Notes: generated from the letters alone by a model not told the origin. A DNA stretch of 64,000 bases from Selaginella moellendorffii (GCF_000143415.4 NW_003314265.1:2088777-2152776); one strand, 5' to 3'. Positions 26,288 to 39,351 are shown, counted from the first letter of the stretch. A program made the numbers and translations.

Positions 26288-27585
26288 ATGGTTGTGAGCG
26301 TAGAGTCCGTGTCCACGATCGTTCCAGCGGTCCCAACGCCGCAGCCCTGCACTCTCTGGCTTTGCAACTTCCAAATCCAGGTCCTGGCCGAGAACTATCT
26401 CAAGCAAGTCTACTACTACCCAGCTGCATTGGATCACGTAAGCTCTTTCGATTCGCTGGTGGCGAGCTTGAAGGATTCGCTCTCCCGGATCCTCGTCCCG
26501 TACTATCCGCTCGCGGGGAGGCCCAGGATCGCCGGCCTCGACCGCCCCATCCTCGAGTGCAACGACCGCGGCATCGAGTTCGTGGTGGCCTTCGCCGATG
26601 CGAGCTTCGGCGACTGGGGCGATTCCATGAAGCAGTGCTCCATCGAGCAGGAGATCAGCCCGGCCCAGACCGCGATCACCGATCCGGAGAACTTCCCTCA
26701 GCTCAAAGTTCAGGTAAGTCCCGGTTCTTCGCGGTTTGACTGAAGTTGACCGGCTTTGGTCGGCTTTGACTACTTTCCCAGGTGACAAGTTATAGCTCTC
26801 GTCACCACACCCTCCTGGACGGCTCCTCGGTCTTCCCCTTCCTCAAGGCCTGGTCGGAGCTCCACCGGGGATTCCCACCGCCGAATCCACCGCCCAGCTT
26901 CGACTCCAGCCTCCTCAAGGCGCGGGATCCGCCCTGCGTCACCGTGCCGGTCCGGGACTTCGTTGCCCTGATCCCCGCCATCGCCGAGGAGATGGGCAAG
27001 GCCGCCCAGGACTTCAAGCCCAGTTACCACGTCCGGGCATTCCACATGAACGAGCAGCAGCTCGCGGAGCTCAAGCACGACCTACGGCAGCAGCCCGACC
27101 TCCTTCGAGGCCGTCTCGGGTCTCGTCTGGAAGTGCATCACCGAGGCCCGTGACTTCGACGACTACGCGGTGTCCACCAAGGTGGGCAGAAACCGTGGCA
27201 GCCACCGATGCCGAGCGAGTACACTCACGAGGATGTCCGCAACGTAGGCCAGGAGAGGATCCAGTCCACCATCGACTGGATGGAGGAGACGCTGCGCAAG
27301 GGCCATGATATCGGGCTCAACGTCCCGCCACCCAGCACCGGGATGGGGATCTACAGCGTCAACTTGCACTCGTTCCCAGTGTACCACGGCTCCAGCACCA
27401 TCGAGAAGTGGGCCGGTCGCCCCCACCCAAACTCAAACTCGTATGGCAACGGGGTGGTGGTGCTACTTCCCACGCCCCAGGGCGGGATGCGAGAGCACCG
27501 GATTGTGGTGATGCTGCTCGAGGAGCAGATGAAGAGGCTGCTGCAAAGCGAGCTCTTTGCGAGGTTTACAACCCTGGACTGCTAG
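26288..27585 (+). pseudogene. BAHD acyltransferase pseudogene (copy 2)
   Basis: Exon 1 is nearly identical to copy 1. Exon 2 has several frameshifting deletions and a 56-bp inversion over the EFGWG motif. Confidence 0.9.
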
Positions 27586-29815
27586 CTTCTCTCCTCACGG
27601 GAGCTTCAAATAAGATTCAGGACCTTTTCTTCCTCGAAGACTAAGGTGGCGAATGGTCCTCTTGACTCCATGGTCTAAAGATGTATGGGGCCTGTTGTTT
27701 CTGTGGTTTTCATCACGAACGTTTTCGACAGAAATCAATGCACGAAGGCTACTTTAGTTTTTAGAGGTGCTGCTCTTCATGAGTGGCATCGTCAGCTGTA
27801 AGACGTGGAGAGTAAATTAGTTTGTTCGTTAGGTTGTGCTGGTTGGAGTTGCAAGGATCAGGTAGAAATTCCGATTGAAGGATGTGCTCGAAAACAAGTG
27901 TTAAGTTGAATAATCAGTGGTTTATTTAAACGCTAGTAAAACAAGTGTTTCTCTCACGGCAGTCAAGCACTCCAAGTGCTGCTTCAAATTCAGTGTCGAT
28001 CATCCTCAAGGACTGGGCTTCTTAATACACGATCGTGGATGGGTGCGCGAGCAAGCAATTCCAAGGGATGCTATTGGAGAGGAGGAACTTGCAGCTTTGA
28101 TCCTCCAGCGGGCCTTGGCTCGCTTCAAGAGGGATGGATTCGGAGCGAAGAAGGAGATGCTTTAAGGAAGTAAAATTCCTTTGTTTGGCAATGAAGAAGT
28201 TCTTCAGCGTTTTCATCCTCTTTCAGCAAGGAAGAAGTTAAATCGGGAAGCCGCGCTAGCTCCTACAAACCAAGATCTTCCCACCTAGTCTCGATCGATC
28301 GAGCCTCTCTTTTGCTAAAAGAGACAAGCCCAAAGAAGAAGATGAATTTGAGGGATGAGCTCAGCTTGAACTTTCTCTCGTTGTGCCAAAGAAGTGCTCA
28401 CCATTTTGAATGGCAAAGGCATACTTTCCCCCAGCGAGCGTCTCATGAAATCACAGCCTGCGACATCAAACAAACTTGTAGATCAATCACAAGCCGAAAT
28501 GAAGGAACGAGCAGTGATCACCAGAGAGAAAGAGAGATATAGATCAAGTTCACATCTCAATTAACCAAAGAATCCATATATTCCTATAGAACAAGACTCT
28601 CCTCTCTCACCTTGCCTTGTAACTCTTGCTGCATACAAGAATAAGCAAAGGAGCGAGAGAAGATTTATAGCTTTGCTCGGACCATTCCGGCTTTTCCCAC
28701 AGTAGCAGCAGAATGAATGAACCAACTTACGGCTCCATCATCTCACAAGCTCCTCCATCCGCAGCACAGATCATTGAGCAACAGCGAGGGAGCTTGGCGA
28801 GGCGATGGCGGAGCGGCACCACCACAGGCACTCGATGATTTGCACTGGCGCATCGTTCGCCAGGAGAACTCTCATCCTCGGGGGGCATAGCTGCCGACGA
28901 GAACATTATTGTCTCCTCAGCCCAAGGATGAGGACTCGACTGGAGAATGTAGTGACAAGTTCGCATCATCCTCCTGTATAAATACACGCCAAGGCACCAC
29001 TGTGTCAATCAATCATCACGCGAACTAAAATAAAAGATGCAAGCTAGAGAAAAGTACCGACATGGCGAGGTAAAGGAAAATTATTCTAAGTGAAAGGAGG
29101 GACTCAACCTTTAGCTTGCACAGACCGCCATTTGCAACACCAGCCGACAGCACCACTGACTGCAACACTTTCCCATCGAACACAATCTCTCCTCCCTCCA
29201 GCACAGCCAAGCCAAAGCCTCCTCCTGCTCTCCCTCGCTTCTGATCCACGCAACTTGGCCCTTGAAAGCTACACCCACGAAAACACTGCACATAAAAGAA
29301 ACATGAGGCTTAGAGAAGCTTCTATGGAGTGAGAGAAAAACCGGGAGCTCTCTTCTTACCGCGGCAAAGCATAACTAGGATCATCCTCCCGAGGTCGCTA
29401 CTCAAAACAAAACATATGTAAGCTGAAAAGAAGGATTAGAAAGGCTGCTGCTTTGCAGAGAGAAACGCAAAAAGAGAAGAAAAAAAGAAAACGAAACGCG
29501 CTCACAAAAGCTTTGGGCTGGTCCAAGGACAGCAACTCTCCCCTCACACCTCTGCAGGGTCCATGATAAAGCTCTCAGGAAACTTTGCTTTCAAGCTCAG
29601 ATGCAACAAACCGGATATAAAATTCTAAAAGAACAGCGTATCAGAGCACAGCGCAGCGCAAAACAAATGTACGTACCTTTTACCCCACATAAAAATACAC
29701 ACCACAGCCCTGACTGTAGAGAAAGGAATGTTGGCATAAAGTAGATATCCCGTATACGATACGCACTTTAGAGCTTGATGATGGTGATGGCAATTTTCTC
29801 GTCCCGCTAAATCAC

Positions 29816-30764
29816 TCACCACAGTGGTGAGAGATTCCGTTCTTCCCAATCAAGATCCCCCTTAAGCTCGGCCAAGGCCTGCTTGAAGTTGCCCCCTGCG
29901 AGTGCCAGATAGTACTGTGCCGTCTCACTATCAAGCCTCATGCTTGTCTTCATGGAGCGGAAAACCGTGCTTTTCAGGCTTGAGGCTGCCACCTTGGGAT
30001 CGTGGAGGGGTCCCAAGCCATCTGGATAGATGACTGCCATCTCGCGACGCGAGTGGAGGTCCATTTCAATGAAGCAGACCTTGCCTCGCAGAGCGCAAGG
30101 GCTTGTGACGGGAATAAGCAGCCTGTCCCTCGCACGGATTCCATGGTCGCTCAGCATGTTGTTCAGGCGCCGTATCTCAGAAACCTGTCCGATGGAAAAC
30201 AAGGAAATCAGTTGCGTAGATAAAGAGATTCTTATATGCACAGATGAATCGCCAAGCGAATAACTCTGAAACTCAAAAGAGCAAGAAAAGAGCAAAGAAT
30301 CTCTCGACAGGATGTAGCTATCAAAATCATCGAAGAACAAAACTTATAGAGCCAGAGAGAATGAGAAAAATAAAAAGGAAAGAGAAAGGGAAAAACTGAC
30401 AGCATGTCGCTATAAGCAAAATTGCAATTTGATCCAAGGAACTCGCAAACCACACCGTGTAAAACGAAGAACACTCAACTCAACTCACCTGGACATTGTA
30501 TTTGATAGCCAACGCCGCGACACTGTCCGACTTCGTCACTGGATGGGAGATGGCGAAGCAGCCCAGGCCCGACGCCTTCCACAAGCTGGGAGTGGACGGC
30601 ACGCCCACCAATTGCTTCAATTCCCATGGCGCCGCGAATGCGGCCGCGATCACGGCAGGATCCGCCGCGAATTCGCGCCAGGAGCGACAGACGCAGGCAG
30701 CGCGCGCGAGGCCGGGCACTGGCAGCTTGGCGAGAATCAGCCGCCATGCATCGCCATTCTCCAT
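29816..30764 (-). CDS. F-box/LysM-domain protein, 2 exons (about 30489-30764 and 29816-30185)
   Basis: F-box ILAKLPVPGLARAACVCRSW and LysM HPVTKSDSVAALAIKYNVQ|VSEIRRLNNMLSDHGIRARDRLLIP. Confidence 0.88.
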
Positions 30765-30826
30765 CGATCCAAAGCCCTAAATTTGCGAGAAATATCAAAA
30801 GGGTTGAAAAAGTCCAGCCCTACAAT

Positions 30827-30874
30827 GCCACGTAAGATCTCGTGACGTGGACAAACCATTTAAAATTCCACGTG
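30827..30874. promoter_or_regulatory. Cluster of three ACGT elements (ABRE/G-box) in a 264-bp divergent intergenic region
   Basis: GCCACGTA (TACGTGGC on the minus strand) at 30827-30834, TGACGTGG at 30843-30850, CACGTG at 30869-30874. Confidence 0.55.
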
Positions 30875-31028
30875 TGAGAAAGGACTTCTAGGGTTTGTGG
30901 AGTGAGCTCGAGCGGAGGGCTCCTCGATTTCCAGGTACCGGCGTATTCTTCCAAAGAGATCGAAGAACTCTGTGGTTGCGCGCGTTTTCTTTCATTTATT
31001 TTCTCGGATTTGCGCCTCGAGAACACGA

Positions 31029-31935
31029 ATGGAGGCGGAGGTGTGGTCGTCGCGAATTGCGTCGTCCAAAAGGGCTCAATTGCTGCAAGCATCTCAGTCC
31101 TTGTTAGGTGCGCTACCAAGATTTCGCGTTGTTTTCTCCCCTTTTCGCTGATCTCACCGACAGATCGACAACTAAACACGGAGGACTTGGAAGTGGACGA
31201 GGATTTGCGCACGGATTTCGCGTGCCCTTACTGCGAGGAAGAGTTTGATATCACGTCCTTGTGCTTGCATCTGGAGATAGAGCACTGCTTCGATGGGAAG
31301 CTCACTGTAAGTCGGCTCAAAAGAAAAAAGTTCCTTTTTTTCTCCTTTTTTCGCTTTTCTTTTGTTCTTGTTCTTCGACTGAAACACGATGCTTATGCAG
31401 ATGTGTCCCGTGTGTGCTGCGCGGGTCGGGGACGTTATTGGCCATATAAATTCCGATCATGCACATCTCAAGATATCCTTTTTCCTCTTTTTGTGTGTTT
31501 TCTGCGTTTTGTTTTGGGAAAAACATGCATTTTCTTTAACCAGACACCACAGGAGAAGGCTTCGCAAGCCCAAAGATATCGCGGGGAACTTGCAAGCACT
31601 GTTGGGAGCACAGGGGAGAGCGTCGGATTCGTTTCTTCTCTCCCTCGTTTCGGGGTTTCCAACCTCCGAGCCGGAGGTCTTAAAGTCGGGCTTACCATTC
31701 TCAGTGGCGAATTTATCTCCGGACGAAGAAACAGTAGAAGAATTCACCACCAGGTACTTCAAACTCTAGTTTTTTTAGGCCGAGGATCATAGATTTTGAT
31801 CAAACTTTTGTTTCTTCTAGCTCTGGATCCCCTTCGCTATCGTCGGAAGAGAAGAAGGAAAGGACGAAAGAGGCCTCCTCTAGAGCACTCTTCGCGCAAC
31901 ACCTTGTGCTCTCCACACTTTGGCGAGAGCCATGA
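31029..31935 (+). CDS. DI19: Dehydration-induced 19 (Di19) zinc-finger protein, about 5 exons
   Basis: MEAEVWSSRIASSKR, FACPYCEEEFDITSLCLHLEIEH, CPVCAAR..GHI...H, and a C-terminal RALFAQHLVLSTL. Confidence 0.88.
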
Positions 31936-32301
31936 CGAGATTCCATTCGAGATAGAGATACGCAAAACTCCACGAGTTTATATTTATATAGACCAAGAGG
32001 GGTACTCCACACAACTATTTTACTGCCTGATATTTTCCGGTGGGAGTTTTGTGTGTTGCCTTCCTGAATCACAGGAGAGAGCGCGAAAGAAGAAACGAGA
32101 TACTTTCTCCGCTATCACAGCTCTCGGAAATAATCACATTAAATTTTACACAGACGAACGAGACGCGAGCTTGTTTGCCTTCTTCCAACCTTGAAAAAAA
32201 TCCAAGTAATAATACATTGATGAGGGGAAAAAAAGAAGGCTTTGCAGCGATGGTGGAAGAAGAAGAAAGAAAGAAAAAATCTTACCAGAGTTCTTTCTCT
32301 T

Positions 32302-32871
32302 CTACTTGATGCTACATTTGGCGCCGGCAGCCTCTAGTTGCTTCTGTGCGTCCTCGGCGTCGTCCTTGGCGACGCCCTCCTTGATCTTCTTGGGCAGACC
32401 CTCGATGAGATCCTTGGCCTCCTTGAGACCCAAGTTGGTGATGGCGCGAATCGCCTTGATCACGGCAATCCTGGCGTTGCTGGGCACCTCGTCGATCAGG
32501 AGATCGAACTCGGTCTTCTCCTCCACCACGGGGGCAGCCTCCGCCGGCGCGGCGCCGCCCGCCATCGCCACCGGCGCTGCGAACGTGGCGGCGCTCACCC
32601 CGAGCTCGGTCTCCAGCCGCTCCACTAGCTGCCGCGCCTGCTCCAGCGTCAGATTCTTCACCTCATCCACGAGCTTATCCAGGTCCGCCGCCGCCACTCG
32701 CGTCCGGAGCCGAGAGAACCTCGCAATTGCTGCGCCATCGCTGCCAAATCCCAATGCCAATCCCAATCGCGGCGCTCTGCCGCTGGCGCCGCTGGCATTC
32801 AATCCGCCAGGCCCCCAGGAGCTCTGCGTACCTCTGTTCGCGAGCATCGCGACCGGAGCCATCGTCGCCAT
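32302..32871 (-). CDS. RPL12: Plastid 50S ribosomal protein L12, intronless
   Basis: Transit peptide, then LTLEQA..LV..LE..LGVSA, EEKTEFD, LGLKEAKDLIEGLPKKIKEGV, LEAAGAK. Confidence 0.95.
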   Translation of the reverse strand: MATMAPVAMLANRGTQSSWGPGGLNASGASGRAPRLGLALGFGSDGAAIARFSRLRTRVAAADLDKLVDEVKNLTLEQARQLVERLETELGVSAATFAAPVAMAGGAAPAEAAPVVEEKTEFDLLIDEVPSNARIAVIKAIRAITNLGLKEAKDLIEGLPKKIKEGVAKDDAEDAQKQLEAAGAKCSIK

Positions 32872-33241
32872 AGCTCCCCTGCTCGCGTTTAGGGTGGGCA
32901 GGATGGAATAGGGCTAACGTGGACGTTATCGAGAATGCAGGACTGTGGCTCGGCCACGCCGCCACTCAACGCCATGGAAGCATCCGACTCAGCAGTGCCA
33001 CGTCATAACAAGAATGTGTAAAAATTATAAGATCAAAATACAAAGAATCGCGAGAAGAAAAAGGAAAGAACGAAAGCCTCCACTCCATGAAGCCGCGCAG
33101 CACCGAGAGACGCGCGCGCGAGAGAGAAATACGCCGAAATCTCGCGAAAGATCCACCAGCATTTCCTCCCGGCGCTCCAGGAAATCCCGCGCGCGCCGCC
33201 GAGGATTGGAGGAGCCCATTCTCCCCTTTCTTCGTCGCTGC

Positions 33242-33427
33242 TCATCCCAAGAATCCAAACACCAGGGCGGCCACGGCCGCCGCAGCTCCAACCGCGAGAG
33301 AGGACGAGGCGAGGATTGGAGAAGCTGCGCCTTCCACGGGCGCTGGGGCGGGCGCTTGCGCCATCGCGGCCGCCGCTGATAGAACCACCACCGCGACGAA
33401 TGCCGCTAACCTGAGAGCTGCCGCCAT
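33242..33427 (-). CDS. Arabinogalactan peptide (AG-peptide, likely GPI-anchored)
   Basis: Signal peptide, QAPAPAP core and a hydrophobic C-terminal tail; 61 aa. Confidence 0.8.
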   Translation of the reverse strand: MAAALRLAAFVAVVVLSAAAAMAQAPAPAPVEGAASPILASSSLAVGAAAAVAALVFGFLG

Positions 33428-34204
33428 CGCCGATTCCCTTCTCTGCCCGAAAGAAATCCCTCTCTCTCTCTCTCCCTTTGGCCTTTCTTGTTCTTGGAGC
33501 TCTCAAGCACACACAACTTTTTTAGGGGTTTGATGCTTTAAGTAGATGGCCAAACCGCCGCCCAAATGAGCTGTAATCAAGAGGCAATCCACCCACATCA
33601 ACGGTGGACATTAGCTAGGTTAAATTTTTTAAAGTGCGAGTGTGAGTGGCTCTCACATGTCCTCCAGCCTAGACAATGACAATGCAAGGCTGGCCTTTAG
33701 GTGATATACCCCATGTTTATGCCTTGGCTTTTTGCAATATATTGCATAGCTTAAATCAGTGCAGTAGTGGTGGAACCCATGGTTTTATAATTCTCTCAAA
33801 CTTTATTCTTTCTCAATCATTTGCACTGGTTTTCCAATGTTTGGCAAAAAACCATTCTTCTTCCAGGCCATGGAAAAAAAGTCTCACACCTTTCCCTGTC
33901 TGCGATCGTTATTCGGAGATTCTAAAACCAATGGACTGGAAAACGATCTATTTCTCGAAACTGTACATAGGATGCTTGATAGTCGCCCCACTCAAACCGT
34001 TAGAAGGCGAAGAACCAGCCAAGCCAGCGGAAATTTTGCTTACAGGAGGATGATGCGAGAAAAAAAACCAATTTTTCGATGGATCGAATCTTTTTTCCTT
34101 TACTTGTACAGACAACTGCAAATGGGATCAAGCTTTTAGCTGCAAGCCAACAAAAGCAAAAGGAGGAACTAACCATTTGCTCTCTTGCGCTTTGTCCTGC
34201 CGCG

Positions 34205-35939
34205 TCACGCGAGTATGTTCAAGGCACTGTCACCATGCTTGGACTCGCACAACCTTCCAAAGAAGCCACAGCATGCGTGCGCAGCTTTAATGAGTATGTT
34301 CCTCTTCTTTCTGGCCAGCTTCTCCTGCTGCTTTTGCTTGATGCTCTCGTGCAAATAATCGAAGATCGCCTGCGACAAACAAAAACGAAAACGAAAAAGA
34401 AAAAATCAAACTTTCCGCGAGAAAAAGAGAGAGAGAAAAAAAACAAATGCCATCCACATACCTGATTGCCTTTCTGCGTGACTTGCAGCGGCGGCACCCT
34501 CCACGGATTCCCCTCGAGCCGCAGCTTCCGCAAGTTCTCGAGCTGGACAAACGAGTCGGGCAGCTCCAGGATGCTGTTGTAGCTGATGTCGAGCTCCTCC
34601 AGCTGGTGGAGGTTGCCGATCTTGTATGGCAGGAACCGCAGCGCATGGAAGTTGGACGAGATGTCAAGCTTCCGGAGCGTGGTGACGAAGCACAGGCTCT
34701 CGGGCACGGACTCGAGCTGGTTGAAGTGCACGTCCAGCTCCGCCAGGCTCGTCAGGTACGCCATGGTGCTCGGCAAGCTTTTCAAGCAGTTGAGATGGAC
34801 CGAGAGTATCCGCAGGTTGCCGAGGTAGCCCACCGCCTCGGGGAGAGCTTTCAGCTGGTTGAAGTCGGCCCGGAGCTCCTCCAGAGACTCGCAGTTGCCG
34901 ATCGTCCACGGCAGCTCCTCGATGCCGTTCTTCTCGATGTTGAGCTGCTTGAGCGACGTGAGGCGGCCGATCGTGTCCGGCAGCGCCGTCAGCTGGTTGG
35001 ACTGGAGGTCGAGCACGGTGAGCTGCGAGAGCTCGCCGATGCTATCCGGGAGCTTGACGATCCGGTTGCCCGACAGCTCCAGCACTCTCAAGTTGCTCAG
35101 CTGGCTGATGGAGTCGTCCAGCAGGATGTTCTCGCGGACAAACATGTCCACCGCCACCAGGCTCTCGGCCCCGCTCTCGGCGGCCGCCTGGATCATCGCC
35201 AGCAGCCTGGGCGGGCACTGGAGCGTCGCCGCCTGCCCGTCCTCGGCGATGGTTGACAAGGTCTTGGGCGCTACGAGAAAACTAAAAGTCAACGTGGGAT
35301 TGTTCTCTCTGCGTTTTTTTCCTTTTCTTCCTCTCGTCGTGAAAGAGTTAAAGAAGTACCTGATCCAGAGACATCGGGAGTGAATGTCTGTGCGTTGTCG
35401 GGGTGATAGCCACCGTAATGGTTTTGCTCCATCGTCGCCATAGCTGGCTTCCTCGTTGGCTCCAAGCTGGCGGCGGCGTAGAACCTCTGCCCGTTGGCCA
35501 CCACGTCGTCGGAGAACTCACCCGAGCTGGAGCTGTCGATGCCATTGAGCACCGAGGTGGCGCCGCCGCCGTTGGCCATGGATCCCGCGTCCGTGCCGCC
35601 GCTCGCTGCCGCTACCTTCTGGAAAAGTTGGTGGTGCCGCTGGTGCCGCTCCTCGAGCTCGATCACCGCCAGCCACGGCCGCTTGTGCTCCTCCACTTGC
35701 ATTCGAAGCACGTCCTCGCGCATCTCCTGGAGCGCCCGGAACGCCGGCTGTGGAACACCCTCGGGCCGCCGCTCCCGCACGAGCTCCTCGAGCCGCGACG
35801 CCAGGATGTGCTCCGCCCGCGCCACCGCTGCCAGCGCCGCCTCGTACTGCTCCCGAGTCGGGCGGAGCGGCAGCAAGCTCTGCTGGATCATCACCATCTC
35901 GTGAACTACATCCTCTACGCATTCTACTCCTGGACCCAT
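34205..35939 (-). CDS. PIRL: Plant intracellular Ras-group-related LRR protein (PIRL), 3 exons
   Basis: N-terminal SLLPLRPTREQYEAA coiled region, about 9 LxxLxLxxNxLxxLPxxIG repeats, and LEGNPWRVPP. Confidence 0.88.
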
Positions 35940-36826
35940 CCTGCTCTAGAGCTCTGCTCGTAAAACTCTTCCCAAATCCCACCCGGCCTGGAACGAATGA
36001 CTGGAAGAACAAGAAGAAGAAGAAAGAATCTCCTCTCACTCACTCAATTCGCTGTCTGCTACGCCACTACTGCTACACTACTTAGTCGTAGTTCTAGTTC
36101 TAGTTCTACTGATACTTCTAGAATCTCCTTCGTCCTCATTCTTACCCAGATAGATGAGATCATAGCTCCGGAAGGTCAGGGCATGGCCAGGCAGGAATTA
36201 AAAACAGCGAGGTGGAAAAATAAAGTTGTCCACAGGAGAGATGTCGCTGTTCCCATCTGGATCGCCAATATCCATGGCACAGCACACACAACGCAACACA
36301 CAGCACACTCACTGCCAGAGGAGGGGGCAAAGAAAGAGGAAAGAGCTCCAGTCGGGGAGAAACCAGCTCGCGCAGAGCAATGAATGCTCGAATCAGTGGC
36401 AAGTTGGAATTCACGGATTTTCCCACAAAGTAGAAGGCAAAGTCAAAAAAATATAAAGAGAGAAAGAAGAAAAGAAGAACACACCGAAGAAGAATCGTTG
36501 GGCCTGCTTGCGCGGCTTCGCTCGCGCTTCTCTGGAACGACCCTTGCAAATGGGGAAAGAATGTAAAGAGGGGAAAGGAAAATATCACAGCGAGCGCCTG
36601 ACAACAACACTATACTGAATGACAAATCGCTAAGAAAGGAAAGAAAGAAAAAAGAAAACTATAAGAACAAAAACAAAACACGAAGCAAGTTACTGTCGTC
36701 GCTACTGTCGCTGCGACTGTGCCGAGGAGGCCGGAAAAATGCGACCCATCTGATGCCGGAGACATGTATGGAGGGACCGTTCATCACTCTCTCGCTCTCT
36801 CTTCCAAGACAAAATAAAAGCAAAAG

Positions 36827-36866
36827 AAGAGAGAGAGAGAGAGAGAGAGAGGTGAGAGAGAAGAGA
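36827..36866. repeat. (GA)n microsatellite
   Basis: A run of AG dinucleotides. Confidence 0.9.
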
Positions 36867-37529
36867 GCGCGAAGATCACACGCCAATGCGACACAAACAA
36901 CGCACACGGGACAAAAAAGGAGGAAGAAAAAAAAGACCCACTCACATACAAACGCGACGCACAATGGCGACGATGGCGCGTCTTCTTTCTTTCCCTCCAC
37001 CGCTAACGATTAACGATGACCTAGACGAGGGTAGGATATTCCGTCAACCCTATCCATCCATAATCGCCGCCGGTACTTTGCTTAGCGACATTTGGACATT
37101 TTGGACGAGGGTGTTGAATGTTTCCACGTAAATAATTTCGAGACGATGGTTCTTCCGTGGAATGCATAGATTGATTTTTTTCCAAAAGTTGGGAGTAGGC
37201 CGGAGGAGGTTGACGAAAGTAGGTGTGAGAGAAGATCTCACTTTTTGTGCATATCAATCCAGCAAACTCCCCGCGCGCGCGCGCGCGCCACACAACGCTT
37301 TTGCATGGAGAATGCGAGAGCGCGTGTGTGTTCCTCTGTGAAAGCGCCGTGTCAACCACCAGCGCCCACATTTTCTCCTCCCAATCCCAATCTTCGCTAG
37401 CACAAAACTGCGCGTGTCAATCACAATAATGTACACTTACTCGATCTCCTCGTCCACGTCTGTCCTTTTTTCTTTTTCTTCTTCTTCTTCGATCGCCTGT
37501 TTGATGGATAGAGCAAGCGCGCGCGCGCG

Positions 37530-39351
37530 CTAGTTTGGCCTTGGAGCGATGCCTCTCTCCTGCGACCATATCGCGTCAATCGCTGGGAGCTCGTAAACAT
37601 CCCACTGCAGAGAGAGGGAGAAATCTGGGAGCTCCGGAAGCTTGCTGTTTGGTAGCAGCTGTGAAGGATTAGAGCCGGAAGGTTGGAAATGGATATACCT
37701 GTGTTTCTGGCTCACGCCTTTGGTGGTGGTGATCCCAGCCCGGCTTGCAGCGTCCGGGATTTTTTGCGATAAGCTTTTCATTGCACCCCATACTGGAGAT
37801 TTCCTGTGACGAGCCGAGTTGAATTCGGAGGTGTGTGAGTGCACAAAACTTACTTTGTCACCGGGGACGCAGCACTGAAATCTCTGCACAGTGTCCGGCT
37901 TTCAGCGAGGAACGCTTCGGCGGCTTGCAAAGAAGCGGCTGCTTTGCTTTTATCCGGCCCCTCCTCCAAAACCAGGCCGTGATAGTAATAAGCTGCGGCC
38001 TGTGCACGAAAGGAAGTTGCCATCTTGACTTTCGAATGCTTGTTTGAAGCTACTTCGTACCTTTGCCGAGGCACGTTTCCATTTTAGAAATAATACATGC
38101 TTTTCTCCCCAGTTGTTCTGCAAGCGGACTCGTTGAAGTCCCTCAAAGGCCTGTGCAGATCGTCAACGCACCTCATATGAGTGGAATCACATACTTATTA
38201 CCATTTGCCAATACTTTACTGCCTCGCATGCTATTCTGCGCTTCACTGCCAATGTTGCTTTTAGATTGTCAATGGCCAGGCCCAGTTGAATCTCGAGAGT
38301 CTGCAAAGTTCATATACAAGTCAAAAGTTAAGCTCCGAGAACACCACTCAAGTGAGATACTCTTTAGTACTTGTCCCAATGCTTGCAACTGCAAGGATTT
38401 CAGTAACTCCTCTTGTACGTCAGCCGGGAATTTCGTCCTACAAATGAAACTTACGTACACGCTTAAGATAAAAGGGAGAGTTCTTACTTCAAGTCCTCGG
38501 GAACATTTGGATACACGCGCTCAACGCAGTAATCCAGAATCCGGGCGGCTTCTAGGAGCATCTCCACTGCAGCCTTCCTTCCTGAACAACACTTGCAAAG
38601 TTCTGAGATCGCCAGCCACACTTGATATCTTTACCATCATTCGGTCTAAGTCGCTGGTCTTCAGAGCTTGGTTTAGGCGTGAGCGTGAGATTGGCCTCTA
38701 AAAGCGAAAGCATAGCGAGGAGATGCAGCACCGAAAGGAGCTCATAGTACACGCTAGGCACGACGCTCTCCTGGTAAAAAAAGACAAGCATTTAGTATTA
38801 TAAACGACCAATTCATCCTCGTGCGCAGTACCTTGATCTCGTCTTCCTGGTTGCTCCAGCAAAACTCTAAACAATTGCTCAGGCTGCCTTCCTCTCCTAA
38901 AGCTAAAATCAAGAGTCAGAGGTCACAGAACAGATTCTTCACGAAAAAAAAGTTTAGTTACGTACCTTCTGTCGTGGTCATCCCTTGTAATGCAGATAGA
39001 TAATTCTCGAGAGCGCTCCGAAGCTCATAAATACTACTTGTTTCTGTCAAAAGGGGGAAATAATAAATATTTAGAACCCACCAGCGAAGGACAAGATCTT
39101 CCACCGCACGTACCTGACGCTTTGTTGTTTGCTTTCGCGATCTTGCATGCGTTCTCGGCAGCAGCCACCACTTTGGATCTTAAAGCTGCCAGTCTTCCAA
39201 TTAGAGCGCTGGAGTAGTGCTCCCTGACAAGCGAATTCCCGAAATCCACCTTTCGAGGCAACCGGAGACCCGGGAAGAACACATACACTTCACCGAGAGT
39301 CGTCGACAGCGTAGCGTGCTCGTCTTGTGTTTTCGAGAGAGCGCATCCCAT
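37530..39351 (-). CDS. BRO1-like domain (BROX-type) endosomal targeting protein, multi-exon
   Basis: MGC N-terminus, EVYVFFPGLRLP, YYELLSVLHLLAMLSL, LQLQALGQ, AAAYYYHGLVLEEG, LPELPDFSLSL...YELP. Confidence 0.82.

Larger units (their letters stand above)
22837..27825 (+). repeat. Scrambled direct duplication of about 10.5-15.15 kb
   Basis: 22837-23465 corresponds to 10540-11166, 24478-24880 to 14790-15150, and 24900-27825 to 11750-14790. Confidence 0.8.

Noticed and set aside
27917-29520. Short ORFs and splice-like signals between the BAHD pseudogene and the LysM gene
   Set aside because: No coherent spliced frame or recognisable motif could be assembled. It may be UTR, ncRNA or a decayed gene.
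37272-37530. (GC)n tracts with possible Z-DNA
   Set aside because: Short and common in this GC-rich genome; no functional evidence.
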